A stretch of DNA of 64,000 bases from Anaerolineales bacterium (GTDB lineage: Bacteria; Chloroflexota; Anaerolineae; Anaerolineales; UBA11579): positions 465,027 through 529,026 of the forward strand of contig JAHBVC010000002.1 in NCBI GenBank assembly GCA_019637755.1, in the 5' to 3' direction. A program made the translations under genes and the position numbers. Position 1 is the stretch's first letter. Each line of letters begins with the position of its first letter. A model generated the notes under the pieces. That model did no database searches. It was not told the DNA's origin and saw nothing but the letters and a program-made list of their open reading frames with translations. Positions 1 through 9,263 of this stretch are shown here, piece by piece.

Positions 1-617
1 GCTTGGCGGCACACGGCGGGCAGATCACGCGTGCGGGAGTGGGCGATGGTGACGGTGGCATCGGCGCGCACGAGCAGTAGCGAGAGCGGCATGCCCACGA
101 TGTTGGAGCGGCCGAGCACTATGGCATTGGCGCCAGCCAGGGGCACATTGGCAACTTGCAGCAGGTGCATGACGCCAGCCGGCGTGCAGGGGACGAAGCG
201 CGGCGCCCGGCCTTTCTGCGCCAGCAGGCCAACGTTTTCAGGGTGCAGACAATCCACATCTTTGCGCACATCGATCGCGGAGAGGACTGCCAATGCATCA
301 ATGTGCGCCGGCAGCGGCAACTGCACCAGGATGCCGTGTACATCGGCGCGCTGGTTGAGCTCGGCTACCAGGGCGAGCAGCTCGGCCTGGCTGGTGCTGG
401 CGGGCAACTGGTAGCCGAAGGACGCCAGGCCAGCCTGCTGGCAGGCCGTGTGCTTGCTGCGCACGTAGATCGCCGAGGCCGGATCATCGCCCACCAGCAC
501 GGTGGCGAGGCCGGGCTGGGCAGCGCCAGCGGCGATGTGGGCGGCTACGCGGGCGGCGATCTCGCTGCGTAGCTGCGCAGCGATGGCCTTGCCGTCGAGG
601 ATGGTGGCGGGAGACAT
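1..617 (-). CDS. folD: Bifunctional methylenetetrahydrofolate dehydrogenase/cyclohydrolase FolD, N-terminal ~205 aa (3' end runs off the window)
   Basis: Absent from the ORF track because it is open at the window edge. My minus-strand translation from ATG at 617 reads [90 protein letters not shown], the canonical FolD pattern. Confidence 0.9.
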   Translation of the reverse strand, partial: MSPATILDGKAIAAQLRSEIAARVAAHIAAGAAQPGLATVLVGDDPASAIYVRSKHTACQQAGLASFGYQLPASTSQAELLALVAELNQRADVHGILVQLPLPAHIDALAVLSAIDVRKDVDCLHPENVGLLAQKGRAPRFVPCTPAGVMHLLQVANVPLAGANAIVLGRSNIVGMPLSLLLVRADATVTIAHSRTRDLPAVCRQ

Positions 618-624
618 GGGAAGG

Positions 625-630
625 ATTATA
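625..630 (-). promoter_or_regulatory. -10 box TATAAT, 7 nt upstream of folD ATG (leaderless-type arrangement)
   Basis: Minus strand reads TATAAT-CCTTCCC-ATG and there is no Shine-Dalgarno sequence. Confidence 0.45.
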
Positions 631-642
631 GATTGGGAAACG

Positions 643-709
643 GTTAATCAGTTAATCGATTAGTCGATTAGTCAACTACTAGTCGGCTAGTCGACTGGGT
701 CGGTGGGTC
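643..709. repeat. Drifting 8-bp tandem repeat tract
   Basis: Eight consecutive 8-mers: GTTAATCA GTTAATCG ATTAGTCG ATTAGTCA ACTACTAG TCGGCTAG TCGACTGG GTCGGTGG. TAGTC[GA] occurs 4 times. Confidence 0.8.
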
Positions 710-825
710 TGAAGCAAGGATACATTGCTAGCCACAATGAACAGATTGAGCAGAGGGGATGATTTGGCAAGCTGTATCAAAGGGCTGGTACGGTGTGCTG
801 CGGGCGGGTCAGAGGACCCGCTCCT

Positions 826-863
826 AAACAAACAGCGCCGCAATTGCGGCGCTGTTTGTCTTT
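826..863 (-). terminator. Stem-loop overlapping the stop codon of the VOC gene
   Basis: 14-bp perfect stem ACAAACAGCGCCGC / GCGGCGCTGTTTGT with loop AATT. The flanking T/A runs are short. Confidence 0.5.
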
Positions 864-1242
864 AGCCCATCTTGGTGCTGAGTGACCACAGATTGCCACA
901 GGGGTCGGTGAAGGTGCCGCGGCGATCGGCCTCGCCCTCGTTCTGCATGGGCGGGTGCACTTCTACGCCGCCGGCGGCCAGGCTGCTGGCAAAGGCAGCA
1001 TCCACATCGGCCAGGTAGAGGTGCATAACGCTCTTGACGGCGGGGTACTGCTCGCTGGCATCAGCGAGCATGAGCACAGTGTCGCCCACTTGCATCTCGG
1101 CGTGCATCACGCGGCCCTCATGCTCGTAGGACTGGATGCGGGTGGCGCCCAGCGCCTTCTCGAGGAACTCCATCAGGCGGTTGGCACTTTCGACAATGAG
1201 ATAGGGCGAAAGGTCATTGTAGTTGCTGGGTTTGTAGGGCAT
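862..1242 (-). CDS. VOC / glyoxalase-bleomycin resistance family protein (PhnB-like)
   Basis: ORF 862..1335 trimmed to the internal ATG at 1242, which is preceded by AAGGAG. MPYKPSNYNDLSPYLIV..MHAEMQVGDTVLMLADA..TFTDPCGNLWSL is typical of small VOC proteins. Confidence 0.7.
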   Translation of the reverse strand: MPYKPSNYNDLSPYLIVESANRLMEFLEKALGATRIQSYEHEGRVMHAEMQVGDTVLMLADASEQYPAVKSVMHLYLADVDAAFASSLAAGGVEVHPPMQNEGEADRRGTFTDPCGNLWSLSTKMG

Positions 1243-1264
1243 GGCACTCCTTAGGCGTTTGGGG

Positions 1265-3187
<1,923 letters not shown>

Positions 3188-3377
3188 TTAAAAACCTCCG
3201 AAAATCACTGTGTCCCTAGATTAAAAACACCTTGCCGGTGTTGTGCTGTAGAAACGCCCCCTCAATTGGCAAGGAAAATGGATCTAATGGACTCTATGTT
3301 CTATTTTACCATGTGGAGATTAAGCGCAATGAAGTGCAAGACGGTTAGTTTTTTATTGGTGCGAAACGCATTGCTGC

Positions 3378-3406
3378 TTGACCGTGCCTAGACACCTATG
3401 TACAAT
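3378..3406 (+). promoter_or_regulatory. Sigma-70-type promoter TTGACC-17 nt-TACAAT upstream of the liv-like operon
   Basis: The hexamers and the 17-nt spacer were read directly. They lie in the AT-rich gyrB/liv divergent spacer, about 185 nt upstream of the ATG at 3593. Confidence 0.6.
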
Positions 3407-3456
3407 GAATATCCACAATTAGTCACAAATGAGTTGTGAGTTTAATAGCTATGACC

Positions 3457-3504
3457 ATAGAGGTGCGAACGCACCTCTATCCATAGAATACAACATCGGA
3501 GGTG
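3457..3504 (+). promoter_or_regulatory. Leader hairpin with a downstream competing GGAGGTG segment
   Basis: Perfect 10-bp stem ATAGAGGTGC/GCACCTCTAT with loop GAAC (3457..3480). GGAGGTG at 3498..3504 could pair with CACCTC of the 3' arm instead. Confidence 0.35.
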
Positions 3505-3592
3505 TAAACAAGAACGAAATTGAAAACCACACTGTTTTGCTTTCCTAGGAAAACAAAAGTACTCTCAACAACTCTATTGGAGGAGAAAAAGA

Positions 3593-4807
3593 ATGTCGAA
3601 GCGTTTTCTGGCTTTGATCGCCATTTTGGTTGCCGGCCTGGTGCTGGCGGCTTGTGGTGGCGGCGCAGCCTCTGCCTTTGAATGTACGGACGAAATCGGT
3701 TGTGTGGAAGTGGCTGCGGGTGCCCCCATTCGCATTGCTTCCGCCCTGGTGATTTCCGGTGCCAACGCCGACCTGGGTCTGGACTCCCAGCACGGTGTCG
3801 AGATTGCTATTCAGTTTAAGGGCGATGTGCTCGGCCACGCGGTTGAGCTGCAGGCCGAAGATGACGGCTGCTCCGCTGAAGGCGGTCAGACCGCTGGTCA
3901 GAAGATCGTGTCTGACCCCAGCATCGTTGCCATCATCGGTACCAGCTGCTCCGGCGCTGGTGTTCCTCTGGCGCAGATTGCCTCTGACGCCGGTTACGTC
4001 GTTGTTTCCCCGTCCAACACCTCCCCGGCTCTGACCGACCCGAACGGTGCTTGGAAGCCTGGTTACCTGCGCACTGCCCACAACGACAACGTTCAGGGCG
4101 CTGCCATGGCTGACTATGTGTACAACACCCTGGGCCTGACCACGGCCGCCGCCATTCATGACGGTGACCCGTACACCGAGGGTCTGGCCAACGCCTTCCG
4201 CGTGGCCTTCGAGGAAATGGGCGGCACGATGGTGGCCTTCACCGCGGTAAACGTGGGTGACACCGACATGCGCCCGGTACTGACCTCCATCGCGGCTAGC
4301 GAAGGTGGTGCTCCTGGCTTCCTGTTCTTCCCGGTCTTCACCGCTGAGTGCGCCCACCTGGCCACCCAGTCGCTGGAAGTAGCCGGCCTGGAGAACACGG
4401 CCCGTGGTGCGGCTGACGGCTGCTTCTCGGCCGCCGCGGCTGAGGCGATTGGTTCCTCCACCGCCAACCTGTACATCTCCGGCCCGGATCTGGCCTTCTC
4501 TGGCGACACGTACACCAAGTTCGCTGAGGCCTACCAGACCAACTTCGGTTCCGCCCCGATCTCCGTCTTCCATGCTCATGCGTTCGACGCCACCAACATG
4601 GTGTTCGCCTGCATTGAGAAGGTTGCCAAGGAGAGCGACGGCGCCCTGTTGATCGGCCGCCAGGACATGCGTGACTGCCTGTATGCCACCAAGGACTTCG
4701 CGGGCATCACCGGCAACCTGACCTGCAATGAGTACGGTGACTGCGCTGACGCCAAGATCGCTGTGTACGAGATCCAGAACGGCGACTACGTTGCCATCTG
4801 GCCGTAA
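3593..4807 (+). CDS. Branched-chain amino acid ABC transporter substrate-binding lipoprotein (LivJ/K family)
   Basis: 404 aa. Lipobox LVLAAC, GGAGG RBS, type-I periplasmic binding protein sequence, and it precedes livHMGF. Confidence 0.85.
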   Translation: MSKRFLALIAILVAGLVLAACGGGAASAFECTDEIGCVEVAAGAPIRIASALVISGANADLGLDSQHGVEIAIQFKGDVLGHAVELQAEDDGCSAEGGQTAGQKIVSDPSIVAIIGTSCSGAGVPLAQIASDAGYVVVSPSNTSPALTDPNGAWKPGYLRTAHNDNVQGAAMADYVYNTLGLTTAAAIHDGDPYTEGLANAFRVAFEEMGGTMVAFTAVNVGDTDMRPVLTSIAASEGGAPGFLFFPVFTAECAHLATQSLEVAGLENTARGAADGCFSAAAAEAIGSSTANLYISGPDLAFSGDTYTKFAEAYQTNFGSAPISVFHAHAFDATNMVFACIEKVAKESDGALLIGRQDMRDCLYATKDFAGITGNLTCNEYGDCADAKIAVYEIQNGDYVAIWP

Positions 4808-4843
4808 GCCGCAGCGTTCGTAGCAGAACATTGCTTTAACAAA

Positions 4844-4869
4844 AGGCCCAGGGCGCAAGCCCTGGGCCT
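4844..4869 (+). terminator. Intercistronic stem-loop after the binding-protein gene (partial terminator/attenuator)
   Basis: AGGCCCAGGGC-GCAA-GCCCTGGGCCT with no T-run. This is a usual position for differential expression of binding protein versus permease genes. Confidence 0.4.
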
Positions 4870-4895
4870 CTAGCACCTACGCCGGAGCCATACGC

Positions 4896-5957
4896 ATGAG
4901 AGACCGCCTTGCAAAACTCAACTTGATCGACCTGTTCTTATGGGTTGCGCGCGCTGCCATTCTGGTGGTGATTTTGGTGGGCACGATCAAGACCATCATC
5001 AGCAACCCCTACTCCCTTCGCAACTGGGAAGACTTCATTATCTTTGGCATTGCGCAAGGCAGCATGTATGCGCTGATCGCCATTGGTTACACGCTGGTAT
5101 ACGGCGTGCTGCAAATGATCAACTTTGCACACGGTGAATTTTTTATGTCAGGCATCTTTGCTTCCACCTCTGCCGTGGCCATTCCTCTGGCCCGCTCGGG
5201 ATACCTGGCCTCCCACCCCATTCCAAGTCTGCTGCTGATCGCACTGACGTCTATTCTTATCTCGGTGGGAATTGCGCTGCTGACGGAACGCATTGCGTAC
5301 CGCCCGCTGCGCTATGCACCGCGCCTGATGCCGCTGATCACGGCGATCGGTGCTTCATTCTTCTGGCAATACTACTTCCGCGGCCTGTTTGGCTCGCAAG
5401 TTATTCCTTTCCCTGACATTCCGCAGTTGCAGGGCACTGTGTCCTTCCTGCATACCCAAGTGCTGAAGACGCATATCCTGGTGATCTTTGTGACCATGGT
5501 GGTGTTGGTGGCGCTGAACTTCTTCATCAGCAGCACCCGCCCCGGCAAGGCGATCCGCGCCGTGGCCGAGAACAAAGACGTGGCCGCGCTGATGGGCATC
5601 AACGTAGACCGCACGATCAGCCTGACCTTCGCCACCGGCGCGGCGATGGCCGGTGTGGCGGGCATGTTGTATGCGCTGGTGTTCCAGCAAGTGCATTTCT
5701 TCATGGGCTTTATCCCCGGCATCAAAGCCTTTACGGCAGCGGTGCTGGGCGGCATTGGCAGCATCCCCGGCGCCGCTGTGGGTGGCTTGTTCCTGGGCTT
5801 GTTCGAATCGCTCGGCCCCAGCCTGTTCCTGCAAAGCCTGGGCATTCCGGCCTTCAACCAGCTCAAGGATGTGATCGCCTTCACCATGTTGGTGTTGGTG
5901 CTCATCTTCCGCCCGCAAGGTATTGTGGGTGAGCGTCTGAAAGAAAAGAAAGCGTAG
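4896..5957 (+). CDS. livH: Branched-chain amino acid ABC transporter permease (LivH type)
   Basis: 353 aa polytopic membrane protein with GSMYALIAIGYTLVYGVLQMINFAHGEFFM, the LivH hallmark. Confidence 0.9.
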   Translation: MRDRLAKLNLIDLFLWVARAAILVVILVGTIKTIISNPYSLRNWEDFIIFGIAQGSMYALIAIGYTLVYGVLQMINFAHGEFFMSGIFASTSAVAIPLARSGYLASHPIPSLLLIALTSILISVGIALLTERIAYRPLRYAPRLMPLITAIGASFFWQYYFRGLFGSQVIPFPDIPQLQGTVSFLHTQVLKTHILVIFVTMVVLVALNFFISSTRPGKAIRAVAENKDVAALMGINVDRTISLTFATGAAMAGVAGMLYALVFQQVHFFMGFIPGIKAFTAAVLGGIGSIPGAAVGGLFLGLFESLGPSLFLQSLGIPAFNQLKDVIAFTMLVLVLIFRPQGIVGERLKEKKA

Positions 5958-5965
5958 AGGTTGCA

Positions 5966-7612
5966 ATGAGTCTTTTTACTGACCTCGACCTGCGTAAGAC
6001 TGCAATGAAATGGCTGGTGGCCAGCCTGATCACGCTCAGTGTGAGCGCCATCGGTATGGTAGAGCTCTTCGGCGAGCGCTTTGTGATCACAGGCCTGTTC
6101 ACCATGGCGCAAATCCTGTTCCTGGGCCCCACGGCGGTGTTTGCTTACCGTGCCGTGCAAGAGACCCCTCAAGCCAAGCAGTGGCTGGGCATGCTCAAAG
6201 CCCTGCTGATTGGCCTGGGCGTCGGCCTGGCGATGGTGGCGTTGGTATGGCTGGCACAGAACATGGATGTGCGCAGCGTGTTCATCAACGTGTCCCCGAA
6301 GCTAATCAATATCCTGACCTTTAGTGGCAGCAGCAGCCTGACTTTGCTGCTGGCCCTGACGGGCGCCGGCCTGGCTGGCGGCGCCTTGGCGCTGATGCCA
6401 GCCAACCTGCGCACGGCGCTGCTGGCTGGCGGCGGGCTGACGGTGCTGATCGGCCTGCTATCTGAGATTTTGTCTGAGCGTCTGCGTGCACTCTTTAGCA
6501 GCCAGTTGAGCAGCGCCATCTTTGCTTCCAAGGCGCTGCAACTGGTGCCGGCCATCGTGCTGTTTGTGCTGATTACCGCGTTCGTGTACCTGCGCTCGAT
6601 TGGCCGCATCAAGCCCGTGGGCATTCGCTTGCCGGCCGGCCGCGAGAGCCTGGTGCGCACGGCGCTGATCAGCGGCTTGCTGCTGGTGCTGCCGATGCTG
6701 CTGGGCAGCTACCTGACGGAAGTGACCAACAATATCGGCCTGTTCTTCCTGATGGGCCTGGGCCTCAATATCGTGGTGGGCCTGGCAGGCTTGCTGGACC
6801 TGGGCTATGTGGCTTTCTTCGCCATCGGTGCCTATACGATGGCGGCGCTGACCTCCACCGGTTCGCTCGGCTTGGCCGGGCTGTCCTTCTGGGTGGCGCT
6901 GCCGATCTGTGTGGCCGTGGCCGCTACGGCGGGCTTCATCCTGGGCATGCCCGTGCTGCGCATGCGTGGCGACTACCTGGCCATCGTGACGCTGGGCTTC
7001 GGTGAGATCATCCGCATCCTGGCGCTGTCTGACTTGATGAAGCCGTACATCGGCGGCGCGCAAGGCATCCTGAACATCCCCAAGCCCATGGTGGGTGAGC
7101 TGGCCTTGATCCGCCCCGAGCATATGTACTATGTCATCCTTATCGGCGTCGCGGTGGCAATGTTCATGTCCATCCGTGTGCGCGAATCGCAGATCGGCCG
7201 CCGTTGGATGGCGATGCGCGAGGACGAGGATGTGGCCGAGGCGATGGGTATCAACCTGGTGAGCACCAAGCTGCTTGCCTTTACCATCGGCGCGGGTTTC
7301 TCGGGTTTGGCGGGGGCCATCTTCGCCTCCAAGCTGGGTTCGATCTTCCCGCACAGTTTCAACTTGCTCATCTCCATCAACGTGTTGAGCCTGATCATCG
7401 TGGGTGGCCTCGGCAGCATTCCGGGCACCCTGGCGGGCGCCATCATTCTGGTGGGCCTGCCGGAGCTGCTGCGTGAATTCGCTGAGTTCCGCTGGCTGGC
7501 CTACGGTGTGCTGCTGGTGGTGATGATGCTCAACCGGCCAGAGGGCTTTATCCCCTCAGAGACCATTCGACGTGAGCTGCACAGCGGCGATGAAGCTGAG
7601 CAGGCAGGCTAG
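5966..7612 (+). CDS. livM: Branched-chain amino acid ABC transporter permease (LivM type) with extended N-terminal membrane region
   Basis: 548 aa. The C-terminal ~320 aa contain GLNIVVGLAGLLDLGYVAFFAIGAY, typical of LivM. Confidence 0.85.
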   Translation: MSLFTDLDLRKTAMKWLVASLITLSVSAIGMVELFGERFVITGLFTMAQILFLGPTAVFAYRAVQETPQAKQWLGMLKALLIGLGVGLAMVALVWLAQNMDVRSVFINVSPKLINILTFSGSSSLTLLLALTGAGLAGGALALMPANLRTALLAGGGLTVLIGLLSEILSERLRALFSSQLSSAIFASKALQLVPAIVLFVLITAFVYLRSIGRIKPVGIRLPAGRESLVRTALISGLLLVLPMLLGSYLTEVTNNIGLFFLMGLGLNIVVGLAGLLDLGYVAFFAIGAYTMAALTSTGSLGLAGLSFWVALPICVAVAATAGFILGMPVLRMRGDYLAIVTLGFGEIIRILALSDLMKPYIGGAQGILNIPKPMVGELALIRPEHMYYVILIGVAVAMFMSIRVRESQIGRRWMAMREDEDVAEAMGINLVSTKLLAFTIGAGFSGLAGAIFASKLGSIFPHSFNLLISINVLSLIIVGGLGSIPGTLAGAIILVGLPELLREFAEFRWLAYGVLLVVMMLNRPEGFIPSETIRRELHSGDEAEQAG

Positions 7613-7639
7613 CCAGTTGGCGAGAAACGGACGACAACC

Positions 7640-8437
7640 ATGACAAACATCCTGTCTGCAAAAAACGTATCCAAAATCTTTGGTGGCCTGGTGGCGGTTA
7701 ACAGCCTGAGCCTGGACATCAAAGAGCACAGCATCAGCTCGGTGATCGGCCCCAACGGTGCCGGCAAGACCACGTTCTTTAACTGCGTCACCGGCTTCTA
7801 CAAGATCGATCAGGGCGAGATCCTCTTCAATGGCGAACCGACGCACAACCTGCGCCCGGATGAGATCACGCGGGTGGGCATGGCACGCACCTACCAGAAC
7901 ATCCGCTTGTTTTCCAACATGACTTCGCTGGAGAACATTCTGGTGGGCGAACATGTGCATCTGCACACGAACCTGGTGGATGCCGTGCTGCACACCAAGC
8001 GCTTCAAAGACGAAGAGGCCGCCGCGGAAGAAGAGGCCAAGCGCCTGCTGAACTTCGTAGGCCTCAAAGGCCTGGGCGACTCGCTGGCGCGCAACCTGCC
8101 TTACGGCGCTCAGCGCCGCCTGGAAATTGCACGTGCGCTGGCCACCCAGCCCAAGATGCTGCTGCTCGACGAGCCGACGGCGGGTATGAACCCCAACGAA
8201 ACCGCCGACCTGACCAAGTTCATTCTGGAGTTGCGTGACACGCTGGGCATCACCGTGATGCTGATCGAACACGATATGCGCGTGGTGATGGGCATCAGCG
8301 AGCAGATCACGGTGCTGGACTACGGTGCCAAGATCGCCGAAGGCAAGCCCAAAGACATCCAGAGCAACCCACAGGTGATCGAAGCGTACCTGGGCAGCGG
8401 CGCGGCCTCCGGGCTTAAGACCGCCAAGGCGAAATAA
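7640..8437 (+). CDS. livG: Branched-chain amino acid ABC transporter ATP-binding protein
   Basis: Walker A GPNGAGKTT, signature YGAQRRLEIARAL, Walker B LLLDEP. Confidence 0.92.
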   Translation: MTNILSAKNVSKIFGGLVAVNSLSLDIKEHSISSVIGPNGAGKTTFFNCVTGFYKIDQGEILFNGEPTHNLRPDEITRVGMARTYQNIRLFSNMTSLENILVGEHVHLHTNLVDAVLHTKRFKDEEAAAEEEAKRLLNFVGLKGLGDSLARNLPYGAQRRLEIARALATQPKMLLLDEPTAGMNPNETADLTKFILELRDTLGITVMLIEHDMRVVMGISEQITVLDYGAKIAEGKPKDIQSNPQVIEAYLGSGAASGLKTAKAK

Positions 8438-8448
8438 GGAGCAGCCCC

Positions 8449-9162
8449 ATGGCCATGCTTGAAGTTTCCAACATTCACACATACTACGACAAGATCCACG
8501 CGCTCAAGGGCATTTCGCTCTCGGTGGAAGAGGGCGAGATCGTGACCCTGATCGGCGGTAACGGTGCGGGCAAAACCACCACGCTACGCACGATCAGCGG
8601 GCTGCTGAAGCCGCGCGAAGGCAACGTAAAACTGAACGGCGAAGACCTGGCCAAGTACCCGGCCCACCAACTGGTCTACAAGGGCATCTCGATGGTGCCC
8701 GAAGGCCGCGGTGTGTTCGCCAAGCTGACGGTAGAAGAGAACATCGAAATGGGCGCCTATATCGACAACGATAAGGCGCGCATTGAGCGCAACAAAGAAA
8801 GCGCCTTTACGCGCTTTCCGCGCCTGAAGGAGCGCCGCAAGCAGGTGGCCGGCACGCTCTCCGGCGGCGAGCAGCAAATGCTGGCGATCGCCCGGGCGCT
8901 GATGGCGCAGCCCAAGCTGCTGCTGCTCGACGAGCCTTCGATGGGCCTGGCGCCGATCCTGGTGGACGGCATCTTCGACACCATCAAAGAGATCAACCAG
9001 GATGGCACCACCGTGCTGCTGGTGGAGCAAAACGCCAGCATGGCGCTGGCGATCGCCCACCGCGGCTATGTGCTGCAGACCGGTGAGATCGTGCTGACCG
9101 ACAAGGCCGACAAACTGGCCAAGAACGAAACAGTGCAGAAGGCCTACCTGGGTATTGACTAA
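8449..9162 (+). CDS. livF: Branched-chain amino acid ABC transporter ATP-binding protein
   Basis: Walker A GGNGAGKTT, signature LSGGEQQMLAIARAL, Walker B LLLDEPS. Confidence 0.92.
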   Translation: MAMLEVSNIHTYYDKIHALKGISLSVEEGEIVTLIGGNGAGKTTTLRTISGLLKPREGNVKLNGEDLAKYPAHQLVYKGISMVPEGRGVFAKLTVEENIEMGAYIDNDKARIERNKESAFTRFPRLKERRKQVAGTLSGGEQQMLAIARALMAQPKLLLLDEPSMGLAPILVDGIFDTIKEINQDGTTVLLVEQNASMALAIAHRGYVLQTGEIVLTDKADKLAKNETVQKAYLGID

Positions 9163-9217
9163 ATACGCAGCCTGCGGCTGCATTTAAGCCGCCTTCGGCG
9201 GCTAGCGATGACAACAC

Positions 9218-9254
9218 AAAAGAGCGCAGCCAATGGCTGCGCTCTTTTTGTTTT
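9218..9254. terminator. Bidirectional intrinsic terminator between livF and the convergent mtaD-like gene
   Basis: AAAAGAGCGCAGCC-AAT-GGCTGCGCTCTTTTTGTTTT. Confidence 0.8.
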
Positions 9255-9263
9255 AGGCTAGGG

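Noticed and set aside
31-572. Plus-strand ORFs 31..414 and 156..572 at the left edge.
   Set aside because: The minus strand here encodes a textbook FolD N-terminus, so the plus-strand ORFs are shadow frames.
643-709. Possibility that the tandem arrays (643..709, 38587..38646, 45977..46021) are CRISPR arrays.
   Set aside because: The units are 8-20 bp, directly abutting with no unique spacers, and there are no cas genes. They are simple tandem repeats.
3278-3391. AT-rich 37-codon ORF (MDLMDSMFYFTMWRLSAMKCKTVSFLLVRNALLLDRA) in the gyrB/liv spacer.
   Set aside because: It has no properly spaced RBS, overlaps the predicted liv promoter, and occurs in an AT-rich stretch where ORFs arise by chance. 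I cannot support it without conservation data.
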